Assembly (NCBI GenBank): GCA_015711795.1
Contig: JACVJC010000007.1
Location: 5,809 to 69,808 of the forward strand
From: Candidatus Geothermocultor quzhuomuensis
Lineage (GTDB): Bacteria > Actinomycetota > Aquicultoria > Geothermocultorales > Geothermocultoraceae
Direction: 5' to 3'
Length of the DNA: 64,000 bases
Shown piece after piece: positions 29,944 to 37,737 of the stretch (within the stretch, counting starts at the first letter, position 1; each line of letters opens with the position of its first letter). The position numbers and the translations under genes were made by a program. The notes below the pieces were generated by a model. It saw only the letters and a program-made list of their open reading frames with translations. It was not told the DNA's origin and did not search any database.

Positions 29944-30501
29944 TTGCGCTCGGTAAAGGTAGTGGTTACAGGTCCTTTTGCAGCTGGGAAAACAACATTT
30001 ATTCGAACAATCAGTGAGATAACAGTTCTTTCTACTGAAAGAGCGGTTTCAGACTCGAGTAAAGAGGTAAAAAGGGAGACAACTGTTGCTATGGACTTTG
30101 GTCGAATTACAGTCGATGACGATGTGGCTCTCTATCTTTTTGGAACCCCAGGTCAGGAACGTTTCAGTTTTATGTGGGAAACTCTTTCCAAGGGAATGCT
30201 CGGCTTTATTGTCTTAGTTGATTACTCAACCCCTGAGGGTGTTGCAGAATCACAAAAAATTTTAAATTATTTTAAGACTCTTTCCAGAGTTCCTTATGTT
30301 GTGGCAGTGACTAAGTTTGATGGAGCAGTTACTCCTCAGCTCCTTGAGGAGATTAGAGCTGGTCTCAGCATAAAAAGCAGTGTTCCTATCTATTCTTGCG
30401 ATGCTAGAAATAAAGAGGATGTTAAAGAAGTTCTCTTAGGATTGATGCATAAAGTTTTAGAGGTAGTCGATAGGAGAGAAAAGCAAGCTACTTCTTATTA
30501 A
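29944..30501 (+). CDS. Ras-like small GTPase of the MglA/CvnD (COG2229-like) family
   Basis: G1 GPFAAGKTT, switch I TTVAMDFG, non-canonical G3 FGTPGQERF, G4-like VTKFD, and G5-like YSCDA. It has a TTG start after AGGAGGG. Confidence 0.65.
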   Translation: MRSVKVVVTGPFAAGKTTFIRTISEITVLSTERAVSDSSKEVKRETTVAMDFGRITVDDDVALYLFGTPGQERFSFMWETLSKGMLGFIVLVDYSTPEGVAESQKILNYFKTLSRVPYVVAVTKFDGAVTPQLLEEIRAGLSIKSSVPIYSCDARNKEDVKEVLLGLMHKVLEVVDRREKQATSY

Positions 30502-30509
30502 AAATTCTT

Positions 30510-30728
30510 ATGAAAACTTTTTATAAGATATTAATTTCTCTTGGTTTAATTGGTCTAATTGCTCTTTGGTTCAAAAAGGGTAAAAGAAAATCTGAGCCAA
30601 AGAAGGTGGAATTATATTTTAATGATGGAAGCAAGCTAGAGGTGGGTGAGGATTCACCATATTATAGTGATTTTACCAGTATGGCTGATGAAATTTTTGA
30701 ATTATCCACTAAAGAAGGGGACGAATAA
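30510..30728 (+). CDS. Small single-transmembrane-helix protein (hypothetical)
   Basis: A 72-aa ORF with one hydrophobic helix. It lies tightly between the GTPase gene and pilB2. Confidence 0.3.
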   Translation: MKTFYKILISLGLIGLIALWFKKGKRKSEPKKVELYFNDGSKLEVGEDSPYYSDFTSMADEIFELSTKEGDE

Positions 30729-32741
30729 GTGGCAAAAAAAGATTTGGCCAGTTTACTTAAGGAATCTAATTTAATCAGTGACGAACAGCTTCAGGAGGCA
30801 ATAGAAATTCAAAAGAAATCTGGTCTTCCTTTAGGCAGGGCTTTAGTTTACCTTGGCTATGTTAGTCAGAGGGACCTTATTTCAAAGATTGCTGAACAAT
30901 TAGGTTTAACATTTGTCGATTTTTCAACGGAAAAAATTGAAAAAAGGGCAGTTCAACTTATTCCAGAAGAGCTATGTCGAAAATTTCTAGTTTTCCCAGT
31001 AAAGATTCGTGACAACAAACTTTTAGTTGCGATGACTAACCCTAAGGATGTTATAGCGTTAGAAGAGTTGAAATCTCTTAGTGGGTATGAAATTGAGCCA
31101 GCTGTTTCAACTAGGGAGGATATTTTAGCTGCAATTAATCGATATTTTAAAGAGGGTGCTTTTGAGGAAGAGCTAACCAGCCTCTTGGAAGAAACAGAGA
31201 GAGAAGCTAGCTTAAAGGAGCTGGGAAAAACTTTTGAAACGGTTGAAGAAGTTGATTTAAGTAATTATTCAATTGACCCTAATGCAGTTATGACTATTTC
31301 TGAAGATTTAGCTCGCAAACATAAAATAATCCCTCTAGGCTTTGATGATAATCTTCTTCTTGTGGCTATGGCTAATCCAAGAGATATTTTTCTCCTTGAT
31401 AACTTGAGGATTTCTAGTGGGTATGACATTAAACCTTTTAAAGCTAGCGAGGAAGATATTTTAAATTCAATTAATCGCTATTATAAGATGGCAGAAGTTG
31501 TCGGAGTTGAAGAAGAACTGGAAAGTTTCTTTGCTGAGATAGGCAAAGAGGCTGATTTAACAAAGGTAAAAGAAGTAGTTGAAGATGCTCCTATTGTTAA
31601 GTTAGTTAATTTGATTATTACCAGAGCGGTTAGGGAGAGAGCAAGTGATATTCATATAGAGCCTCAAGAAAAAGATTTGAGAATAAGGTATCGCATTGAT
31701 GGGGTGCTTCATGAAGTTATGAGGTCACCGAAGCGCATTCAAGCTGGCATTTTATCTCGTTTAAAAATTATGGCAAGTATGGATATTGCTGAACGGAGAA
31801 AACCTCAAGATGGTCATTGTGCCTTAATGGTTGGTGGTAAAGCTATTGATTTTCGAGTGGCTACCTTACCAACCATTTATGGTGAGAGAGTTGTTTTGCG
31901 AGTTTTGGCAAAAGAAAGCATTTTATTAAGGCTTGAAGACCTTGGTTTCTTACCTGAGAGTTTAGAGAGGTATACCTCTGCATATACTTTACCTTATGGT
32001 GCCATTTTAATTACTGGTCCAACTGGTTCTGGTAAGTCAACAACTCTTTATGCTACTTTAAATGTTTTAAATACACCCGAGAAAAACATTGTTACCATTG
32101 AAGATCCTGTTGAGTATCGTCTTTCAGGGATAAATCAAGTTCAGATTAACCCCAAAGCTGGTTTGACTTTTGCCCGAGGGTTAAGGTCGATTTTAAGAAC
32201 CTCTCCTGATATTGTTATGGTTGGTGAGATTCGAGACCAAGAAACAGCTCAAATTGCCATTGAGGCTGCTTTAACTGGTCACCTTGTTTTATCAACCCTT
32301 CATACTAATGACGCGCCTAGTGCCATCTCTCGACTTATTGAAATGGGGATTGAACCTTTTTTAGTTGCTTCAGCAGTTGACTGTGTTCAAGCTCAAAGAT
32401 TGGCAAGAAGGCTTTGTAATGAGTGTAAAGAGCCATATACTCCTTCCAGAAAAGCTTTGGAGGAAATTGGTTTTCCTTTGGAAGATGATGAGGTTCCTAC
32501 TTTATATCGGGCAAAAGGTTGTCCTAAATGTGGTAATACTGGTTATAAGGGTCGAGTTGGGATTTATGAGGTTATGTTGGTTAGCGAAACCATTGAGCGC
32601 TTAGCAGTGGAAAAGGCTACAGCGGAGCAGATAAAGAAAGTGGCGATTGAAGAAGGGATGTTTACATTAAGACGAGATGGTTTTGAGAAGGTTAGAAAAG
32701 GGATAACTTCAATTGAGGAGGTTTTAAGGGTAGTAGTCTAA
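30729..32741 (+). CDS. pilB: Type IV pilus assembly ATPase PilB/GspE family (paralog 2), with two tandem N-terminal GSPII_E_N/MshEN-like domains whose c-di-GMP motif is degenerate
   Basis: Duplicated N-terminal domains (residues about 1-140 and 175-250), Walker A GPTGSGKST, and tetracysteine CNEC...CPKC. It has a GTG start. Confidence 0.85.
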   Translation: MAKKDLASLLKESNLISDEQLQEAIEIQKKSGLPLGRALVYLGYVSQRDLISKIAEQLGLTFVDFSTEKIEKRAVQLIPEELCRKFLVFPVKIRDNKLLVAMTNPKDVIALEELKSLSGYEIEPAVSTREDILAAINRYFKEGAFEEELTSLLEETEREASLKELGKTFETVEEVDLSNYSIDPNAVMTISEDLARKHKIIPLGFDDNLLLVAMANPRDIFLLDNLRISSGYDIKPFKASEEDILNSINRYYKMAEVVGVEEELESFFAEIGKEADLTKVKEVVEDAPIVKLVNLIITRAVRERASDIHIEPQEKDLRIRYRIDGVLHEVMRSPKRIQAGILSRLKIMASMDIAERRKPQDGHCALMVGGKAIDFRVATLPTIYGERVVLRVLAKESILLRLEDLGFLPESLERYTSAYTLPYGAILITGPTGSGKSTTLYATLNVLNTPEKNIVTIEDPVEYRLSGINQVQINPKAGLTFARGLRSILRTSPDIVMVGEIRDQETAQIAIEAALTGHLVLSTLHTNDAPSAISRLIEMGIEPFLVASAVDCVQAQRLARRLCNECKEPYTPSRKALEEIGFPLEDDEVPTLYRAKGCPKCGNTGYKGRVGIYEVMLVSETIERLAVEKATAEQIKKVAIEEGMFTLRRDGFEKVRKGITSIEEVLRVVV

Positions 32742-32780
32742 CGCTAATTAAAAATTGGAAATTTTGAGGAGGATGATTAA

Positions 32781-33854
32781 GTGATTGATTTAAATCAGCT
32801 TTTACTCGAAATGATTGATAAAGGAGCATCAGATCTTCACATAACAGTTGGTGCCCCTCCAGTAATTAGACTACATGGACGCTTAGAACCTTTAGATTAT
32901 CCCAAGTTAATGCCACAGGATACCAAGGAAATGATTTATGGAATCTTAACTCAAGAGCAAAGAGAACAGGTAGAGAGAAACTGGGAGTATGATTTTTCTC
33001 ATTCTCTTCCTGGCAAAGGCCGTTTTAGAGTTAATATTTTTTTCCAAAGAGGGAGCTTAGCTGCTGCTTTTCGTTTGATACCAGTCAGAATTCCAACCCT
33101 TGAGGAATTAGGGCTTCCTCCTGTTTTAGTTGAATTTACCCGCAAACCTCGGGGTTTTGTTTTGGTTACAGGACCAACTGGCGCTGGTAAATCTACAACT
33201 TTAGCTGCTTTAATTAATATTATTAATGAAACTCGAAGTGAGCACATTATTACTATTGAAGATCCGGTTGAATTTCTCCATACTCACAAAAAATCAATTG
33301 TTAATCAACGAGAAATTGCATCAGATACAAAATCTTTTGCTAGTGCCTTAAAATATGTCTTGAGGCAAGACCCTGATGTTATTTTAATTGGAGAGATGAG
33401 AGACATTGAAACCATTTCTGCTGCCTTAACAGCGGCTGAAACTGGTCATCTTGTTTTTACTACTTTGCATACTCAAGATGCCCCCCAAACTATAGACCGA
33501 ATTATTGATGTTTTTCCACCTTATCAACAGCAGCAAATTAGAATTCAGCTGGCTGGGACCCTTCAGGGGATAATCTCTCAACAACTCCTTCCTACTCGAG
33601 ATGGTAGGGGTAGAGTTGTAGCTGTTGAAGTTCTTATTCCAACTCCGGGTATTCGCAATATGATTAGAGAAGCAAAAGTTCACCAAATTTACACCGCAAT
33701 GCAAACAGGAGGAAAACACGGGATGCAAACGATGGACCAAGCCTTGGCATCGTTAGTAAAAAGAGGTAAAATAACATATGATTTAGCAATTCAAAGGGCA
33801 ATTGACCCTCAAGACTTAAAAACTCTTTTAAGACAATCAGGGGTGGTGATTTAA
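32781..33854 (+). CDS. pilT: Twitching-motility (retraction) ATPase PilT
   Basis: Walker A GPTGAGKSTT and the PilT-specific motif GIRNMIREAKVHQI...GMQTMDQAL. Confidence 0.85.
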   Translation: MIDLNQLLLEMIDKGASDLHITVGAPPVIRLHGRLEPLDYPKLMPQDTKEMIYGILTQEQREQVERNWEYDFSHSLPGKGRFRVNIFFQRGSLAAAFRLIPVRIPTLEELGLPPVLVEFTRKPRGFVLVTGPTGAGKSTTLAALINIINETRSEHIITIEDPVEFLHTHKKSIVNQREIASDTKSFASALKYVLRQDPDVILIGEMRDIETISAALTAAETGHLVFTTLHTQDAPQTIDRIIDVFPPYQQQQIRIQLAGTLQGIISQQLLPTRDGRGRVVAVEVLIPTPGIRNMIREAKVHQIYTAMQTGGKHGMQTMDQALASLVKRGKITYDLAIQRAIDPQDLKTLLRQSGVVI

Positions 33855-35066
33855 ATGCCAGCAACCTTTGTTTATAAAGTAAGAGACCGAACAGGTAAAA
33901 TTATTAGTGGTGCCATTGAGGCTGACAGTCAAATTGCTGTTGCCTCGAAACTAAGGAGCATGGGTTATATTGTTGTTAATATTAGTGAGAAGAAGGAAGG
34001 TCTTTCCTTTTCTTTACCTGTTAAAAGGAAGGTTAAAGCCAAAGATTTAACTGTTTTTGCCCGACAATTCGCTACGATGATTAATTCAGGTGTTTCTATA
34101 ACTAAGTCGCTTTCTATTTTAGCTGATCAAACTGAGAGCCAAGCTTTAGCCAATATTGTTCTTCAGCTTCAAAAAGATGTTGAAGGGGGACTTTCCCTCT
34201 CGGAAGCTTTATCAAAGCATAGCAAGATTTTCCCTCCTCTTTTTATTAATATGGTTAGAGCTGGTGAGGCTGGTGGTGTTTTAGATGAAGTGCTTTTAAG
34301 AATTGCTGAGCATTTTGAAAAAGAGCAGGGTTTAAAGTCAAGAATTAAATCTGCTTTAGCTTATCCTGTGGCTATCTTTAGTTTCTCAGTCGTTTTAGTT
34401 TTCATTATGATTACCTTCATTGTCCCTATTTTTGTTGGGATGTTTGCCACTTTAGGTGGAGAGTTACCTTTACCAACCAAGATACTCTTAGCAATGAGTA
34501 ATTTCATTCGGGGAATTGGTGGACTTTTCTTGTTGGGTGGAGTTATTGGTTTTATTTTTGGTTACCGCAGTTTCACTGCTACAGAGAAAGGGAGATTCCT
34601 TGTTGATAAAGTTAAGTTGCACTTACCGGTTTTTGGTTCATTGACTCAAAAAATGGCTATTGCTAAATTTACTCGAACTTTTGGTACTTTAATCTCAAGT
34701 GGTGTTCCTATTCTCCAAGCCTTAGACATTGTCGCTGATACTGCTGAAAATGCAGTCGTTACTAAATCAGTCAGGGAAGCCCGAGCTAGCATAAAGGAAG
34801 GGGAAACTATTTCAGCTCCTCTTTCTTCAAGTGGGGTTTTCCCTCCCATGGTTGTTCAAATGATTGCAGTTGGAGAAGAAACTGGAGCTCTAGACTCAAT
34901 GCTTAAAAAGATTGCTGACTTTTATGATGAAGAAGTTTCATCAACGGTTGATACCTTAACTTCCCTTATTGAACCTTTTATGATGCTTTTCCTTGGTTTA
35001 ACCATTGGAGGCATTGTTATTTCTCTTTACATGCCAATGTTCAAAGTCGTCACCTTAATTAAATAA
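33855..35066 (+). CDS. pilC: Type IV pilus platform protein PilC (GspF family)
   Basis: Two GspF repeats separated by transmembrane helices, 403 aa. Confidence 0.85.
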   Translation: MPATFVYKVRDRTGKIISGAIEADSQIAVASKLRSMGYIVVNISEKKEGLSFSLPVKRKVKAKDLTVFARQFATMINSGVSITKSLSILADQTESQALANIVLQLQKDVEGGLSLSEALSKHSKIFPPLFINMVRAGEAGGVLDEVLLRIAEHFEKEQGLKSRIKSALAYPVAIFSFSVVLVFIMITFIVPIFVGMFATLGGELPLPTKILLAMSNFIRGIGGLFLLGGVIGFIFGYRSFTATEKGRFLVDKVKLHLPVFGSLTQKMAIAKFTRTFGTLISSGVPILQALDIVADTAENAVVTKSVREARASIKEGETISAPLSSSGVFPPMVVQMIAVGEETGALDSMLKKIADFYDEEVSSTVDTLTSLIEPFMMLFLGLTIGGIVISLYMPMFKVVTLIK

Positions 35067-35226
35067 TGCTCAAGCTTTAAAGGATTTCAGTCTTTTTGTA
35101 ATATCCCTCATTTGAGGGAGAAAAAAGTCACCTTTTTAGTTTCTATTTAGATTTTACTAAAGTTTTTTTAATTTTTTGCCGATTAATTTATTGCAAGGAA
35201 GTTTTTATGAGAGGAGGTGAAGAAAG

Positions 35227-35637
35227 ATGTTTAAGCATGAAGAAGGTTTTACCTTAATTGAGTTGATGGTTGTCGTCCTTATTATCGCTATTTTAGTTGC
35301 TATCGCTGTGCCTGTCTTTAATGCTGCTCGTCAAAATGCTTGGAAGAGAACTTGTCAAGCAAACTTAAGAACAATTGATGGACAAATTCAAGCTTACTGG
35401 GCTGAATATGAAGCATTTCCGGCTGGTTTTAATGGTGTTGCTGTTCTTACTAGTAATCATGCTTTAGTAACTGCTCAATATATTAGGACTGCCCCTCAGT
35501 GCCCAAGAAGTAAAGCGGAAGGAGATATAGCTAATTCCTATTACACAATTGGTAATTCTACAGCTGGAGATTTAGTTTCTGGAGCGACACCTCAATCCTT
35601 CTGTGTTAAATACAATGCTCAAGGCCACTCCTATTAA
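35227..35637 (+). CDS. pilA: Type IV pilin (probable major pilin, paralog 1)
   Basis: Class III signal MFKHEEG^FTLIELMVVVLIIAILVAIAVP. A strong Shine-Dalgarno AGGAGGTG lies upstream, and a strong intrinsic terminator follows immediately downstream. Confidence 0.75.
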   Translation: MFKHEEGFTLIELMVVVLIIAILVAIAVPVFNAARQNAWKRTCQANLRTIDGQIQAYWAEYEAFPAGFNGVAVLTSNHALVTAQYIRTAPQCPRSKAEGDIANSYYTIGNSTAGDLVSGATPQSFCVKYNAQGHSY

Positions 35638-35654
35638 AGTGTTCTTCAAGCAAA

Positions 35655-35680
35655 GGGCGGTCTAAGAGACCGCCCTTTTT
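35655..35680 (+). terminator. Rho-independent terminator: GGGCGGTCT-aag-AGACCGCCC followed by TTTTT
   Basis: A perfect 9-bp GC-rich stem, 3-nt loop and T-run, immediately after the pilA1 stop. Confidence 0.7.
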
Positions 35681-35691
35681 ACTTTAATCTT

Positions 35692-35707
35692 TGGCATTTA
35701 GCTTGCC
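35692..35707 (+). promoter_or_regulatory. Candidate sigma54 (-24/-12) promoter: TGGCAT-ttagc-TTGCC
   Basis: It matches the TGGCAC-N5-TTGCW consensus at all key positions: GG at -24, GC at -12, and correct spacing. It lies between the pilA1 terminator and the second pilin gene. Confidence 0.4.
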
Positions 35708-35742
35708 AGTTAAATCACTCCCTGCCTTAGTTTATTTACAAA

Positions 35743-36216
35743 ATGAAGAAGAAAATATATATTTCTTTTATGTTTAAATTTCAAGAAGGTTTTACCTTAA
35801 TTGAGTTGATGGTTGTCGTCCTTATTATCGCCATTTTAGTTGCTATTGCTGTTCCTGTCTTTAATGCGGTTAAGGAAGGGGCTTGGAAAAGAACTTGTCA
35901 AGCAAACTTAAGGATAATTGATGGTCAAATTCAAGCTTATTCAGCTGAGACGGAATACTTACTTCCAGCTAATTTTCAAGGTTTGCGGGTTCTTAATTTA
36001 AACCATCCTTTAATTACTGGTCAATACCTTAAGTCGGTTCCTTTATGTCCACGGACAAAGGCGGAAGGAGATGTGACAAATGCTTTTTACTCAATTGGTG
36101 ATTCCTATGACGGAACAAATGGAATGGTAGGAACAGTTACTAATGCTTCTAGTGGACGAGAAGCTTCTGCTTTTTGTACTTTATATAATCCTTCTCATAG
36201 GTATCGAGGCGAGTAA
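35743..36216 (+). CDS. Type IV pilin paralog 2
   Basis: MFKFQEG^FTLIELMVVVLIIAILVAIAVP is nearly identical to the paralog 1 N-terminus. The start is probably ATG at 35770, giving a 7-aa leader as in paralog 1. Confidence 0.65.
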   Translation: MKKKIYISFMFKFQEGFTLIELMVVVLIIAILVAIAVPVFNAVKEGAWKRTCQANLRIIDGQIQAYSAETEYLLPANFQGLRVLNLNHPLITGQYLKSVPLCPRTKAEGDVTNAFYSIGDSYDGTNGMVGTVTNASSGREASAFCTLYNPSHRYRGE

Positions 36217-36443
36217 ATATAAAACAAAGGCCAGGGGAGCAGTAGGAAAAAAGTTGAGTTGGAAATGGCTTTTAACTTGTGGCTGATAACGGTGAACTGG
36301 GAGCAGAGCAATTTCTTTCTCAAAATTCTGAGAAAGTGGCGAAGTCAAAAAGATAAGTAGAGAAGGGCAAAAAGCAAGGGAACAGATGGGATTTATAATG
36401 AGCACCTATTTACAAGCGAAGGTGGGAAATATATATTTTTTTT

Positions 36444-36803
36444 ATGCTTTTTAGAGAAAAGGGCTTCACTTTAATTGAGATTATGGTAGTGGTGCTAATT
36501 TTTGGATTTTTACTGGCCATAGCTATTCCCTTTTATGCTACTTTAAGTTCCTCCGTTAAGAAAAATGCCTGCTACGCTAATTTACAGGTTCTCGATAACA
36601 CACTGGCTCGTTATAACATTGACAAGGGAAGTTATCCTCCCTTGGCTGATGGTTCACCTTTAACTGATTTTGAACCTTATTTTGTTCCTGAATATTTAAA
36701 GAGGCTTCCCTCCTGTCCTCAAGGTGGAGATTATACTTATCATCTTCTTGGAACCAATGCTTACTTTTCATGCTCAATTCATGGCAACCTTCCCAAGAAG
36801 TGA
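36444..36803 (+). CDS. Type IV pilin-like protein, paralog 3
   Basis: MLFREKG^FTLIEIMVVVLIFGFLLAIAIP prepilin signal, followed by a short globular domain with two Cys. Confidence 0.6.
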   Translation: MLFREKGFTLIEIMVVVLIFGFLLAIAIPFYATLSSSVKKNACYANLQVLDNTLARYNIDKGSYPPLADGSPLTDFEPYFVPEYLKRLPSCPQGGDYTYHLLGTNAYFSCSIHGNLPKK

Positions 36804-37596
36804 GGTTTTTGCCTTGCTTTCTCTTTTTTCTTTTCTCTTTGGTTTATCTTTAGGGAGTTTTATTAATGTTCTTATTTATCGATTGCCCAAGGGTGAATCA
36901 ATTATTTTCCCTCCTTCTCACTGTCCTCATTGCCAGATTCCCCTCAAGTTTTATGATAACATTCCTCTCTTGAGTTTCCTTATTTTAAAAGGAAAATGTC
37001 GCTCTTGTAAGCAAAAAATTTCAATTAGATATCCAATAGTTGAAGCGTTAACTGCCTCTTTAGTTTGGCTTTCTTTTTACAAGTTTGGGATAAGTTTTCA
37101 AGCTTTTATTTCCACTCTTTTCTTTTCGAGCCTTGTTCTTATTTCCTTTATTGACCTTGACTCTCATTTAATACCAAATAAAATTGTTTATCCTCTTCTT
37201 CTCATATCCCTTGTTTTATTTCTCTTTTCCTGGATTTTTAAATTACCCTTAGTGCCCTTAATGAACTCATCTTATTTTTCTTCCATCTACGGGTTTTTAC
37301 TTGGGGGGGGAATTCTTTACCTTGTTGCTCTTATTTCCCCCTTTGTTTTTAAAAAAGAAGGGATGGGAGGGGGGGACATAAAACTCGCTTCTTTTATTGG
37401 AATTTACTTAGGTTATTATATTCTTTTAGCTTTACTTTTTGCCTTTTTCTTTGGGAGTATTGGCGGGTTACTTTTAATTAAAAAGGGGGGTTCAACCAAG
37501 AGCGAGATTCCCTTTGCTCCCTTTTTAAGTTTGGGAGCTCTCTTTACTTTTATGTTTGGTTTTCCTATTGCCCGTTGGTACTTTTCTTTTCTTTAA
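36781..37596 (+). CDS. pilD: Prepilin peptidase / N-methyltransferase PilD (A24 family)
   Basis: N-terminal CPHC...CRSC zinc motif, transmembrane helices, and the conserved Asp-containing GGGDIKL region. The ORF track starts at 36724, but ATG at 36781 (MATFPRSEV) is the likely start. Confidence 0.8.
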   Translation: MATFPRSEVFALLSLFSFLFGLSLGSFINVLIYRLPKGESIIFPPSHCPHCQIPLKFYDNIPLLSFLILKGKCRSCKQKISIRYPIVEALTASLVWLSFYKFGISFQAFISTLFFSSLVLISFIDLDSHLIPNKIVYPLLLISLVLFLFSWIFKLPLVPLMNSSYFSSIYGFLLGGGILYLVALISPFVFKKEGMGGGDIKLASFIGIYLGYYILLALLFAFFFGSIGGLLLIKKGGSTKSEIPFAPFLSLGALFTFMFGFPIARWYFSFL

Positions 37597-37737
37597 TCCC
37601 CTAAAGGAAAAACCTTTTTCTGACGATAATATATAGGAAACAGTGAACAGGATTAAGGTTAAGAGCTTTGAAGAAAGAAATGTCAATTTCAAAATTTTTT
37701 TAAGCGATATGGTAAAATAAAAAAGGTGGTTAAGTTG

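Noticed and set aside
32365-32604. Plus-strand alternate-frame ORFs inside larger genes (32365-32604 in pilB2, 12941-13153, 14231-14419, 14693-14962)
   Set aside because: They are fully nested in stronger homologous ORFs in another frame, with no independent signals.
36724-36780. Upstream extension of pilD overlapping the third pilin gene by about 80 nt
   Set aside because: The conserved PilD N-terminus, with the zinc motif after a short hydrophobic start, begins at ATG 36781. The extension would give an atypical N-terminus.
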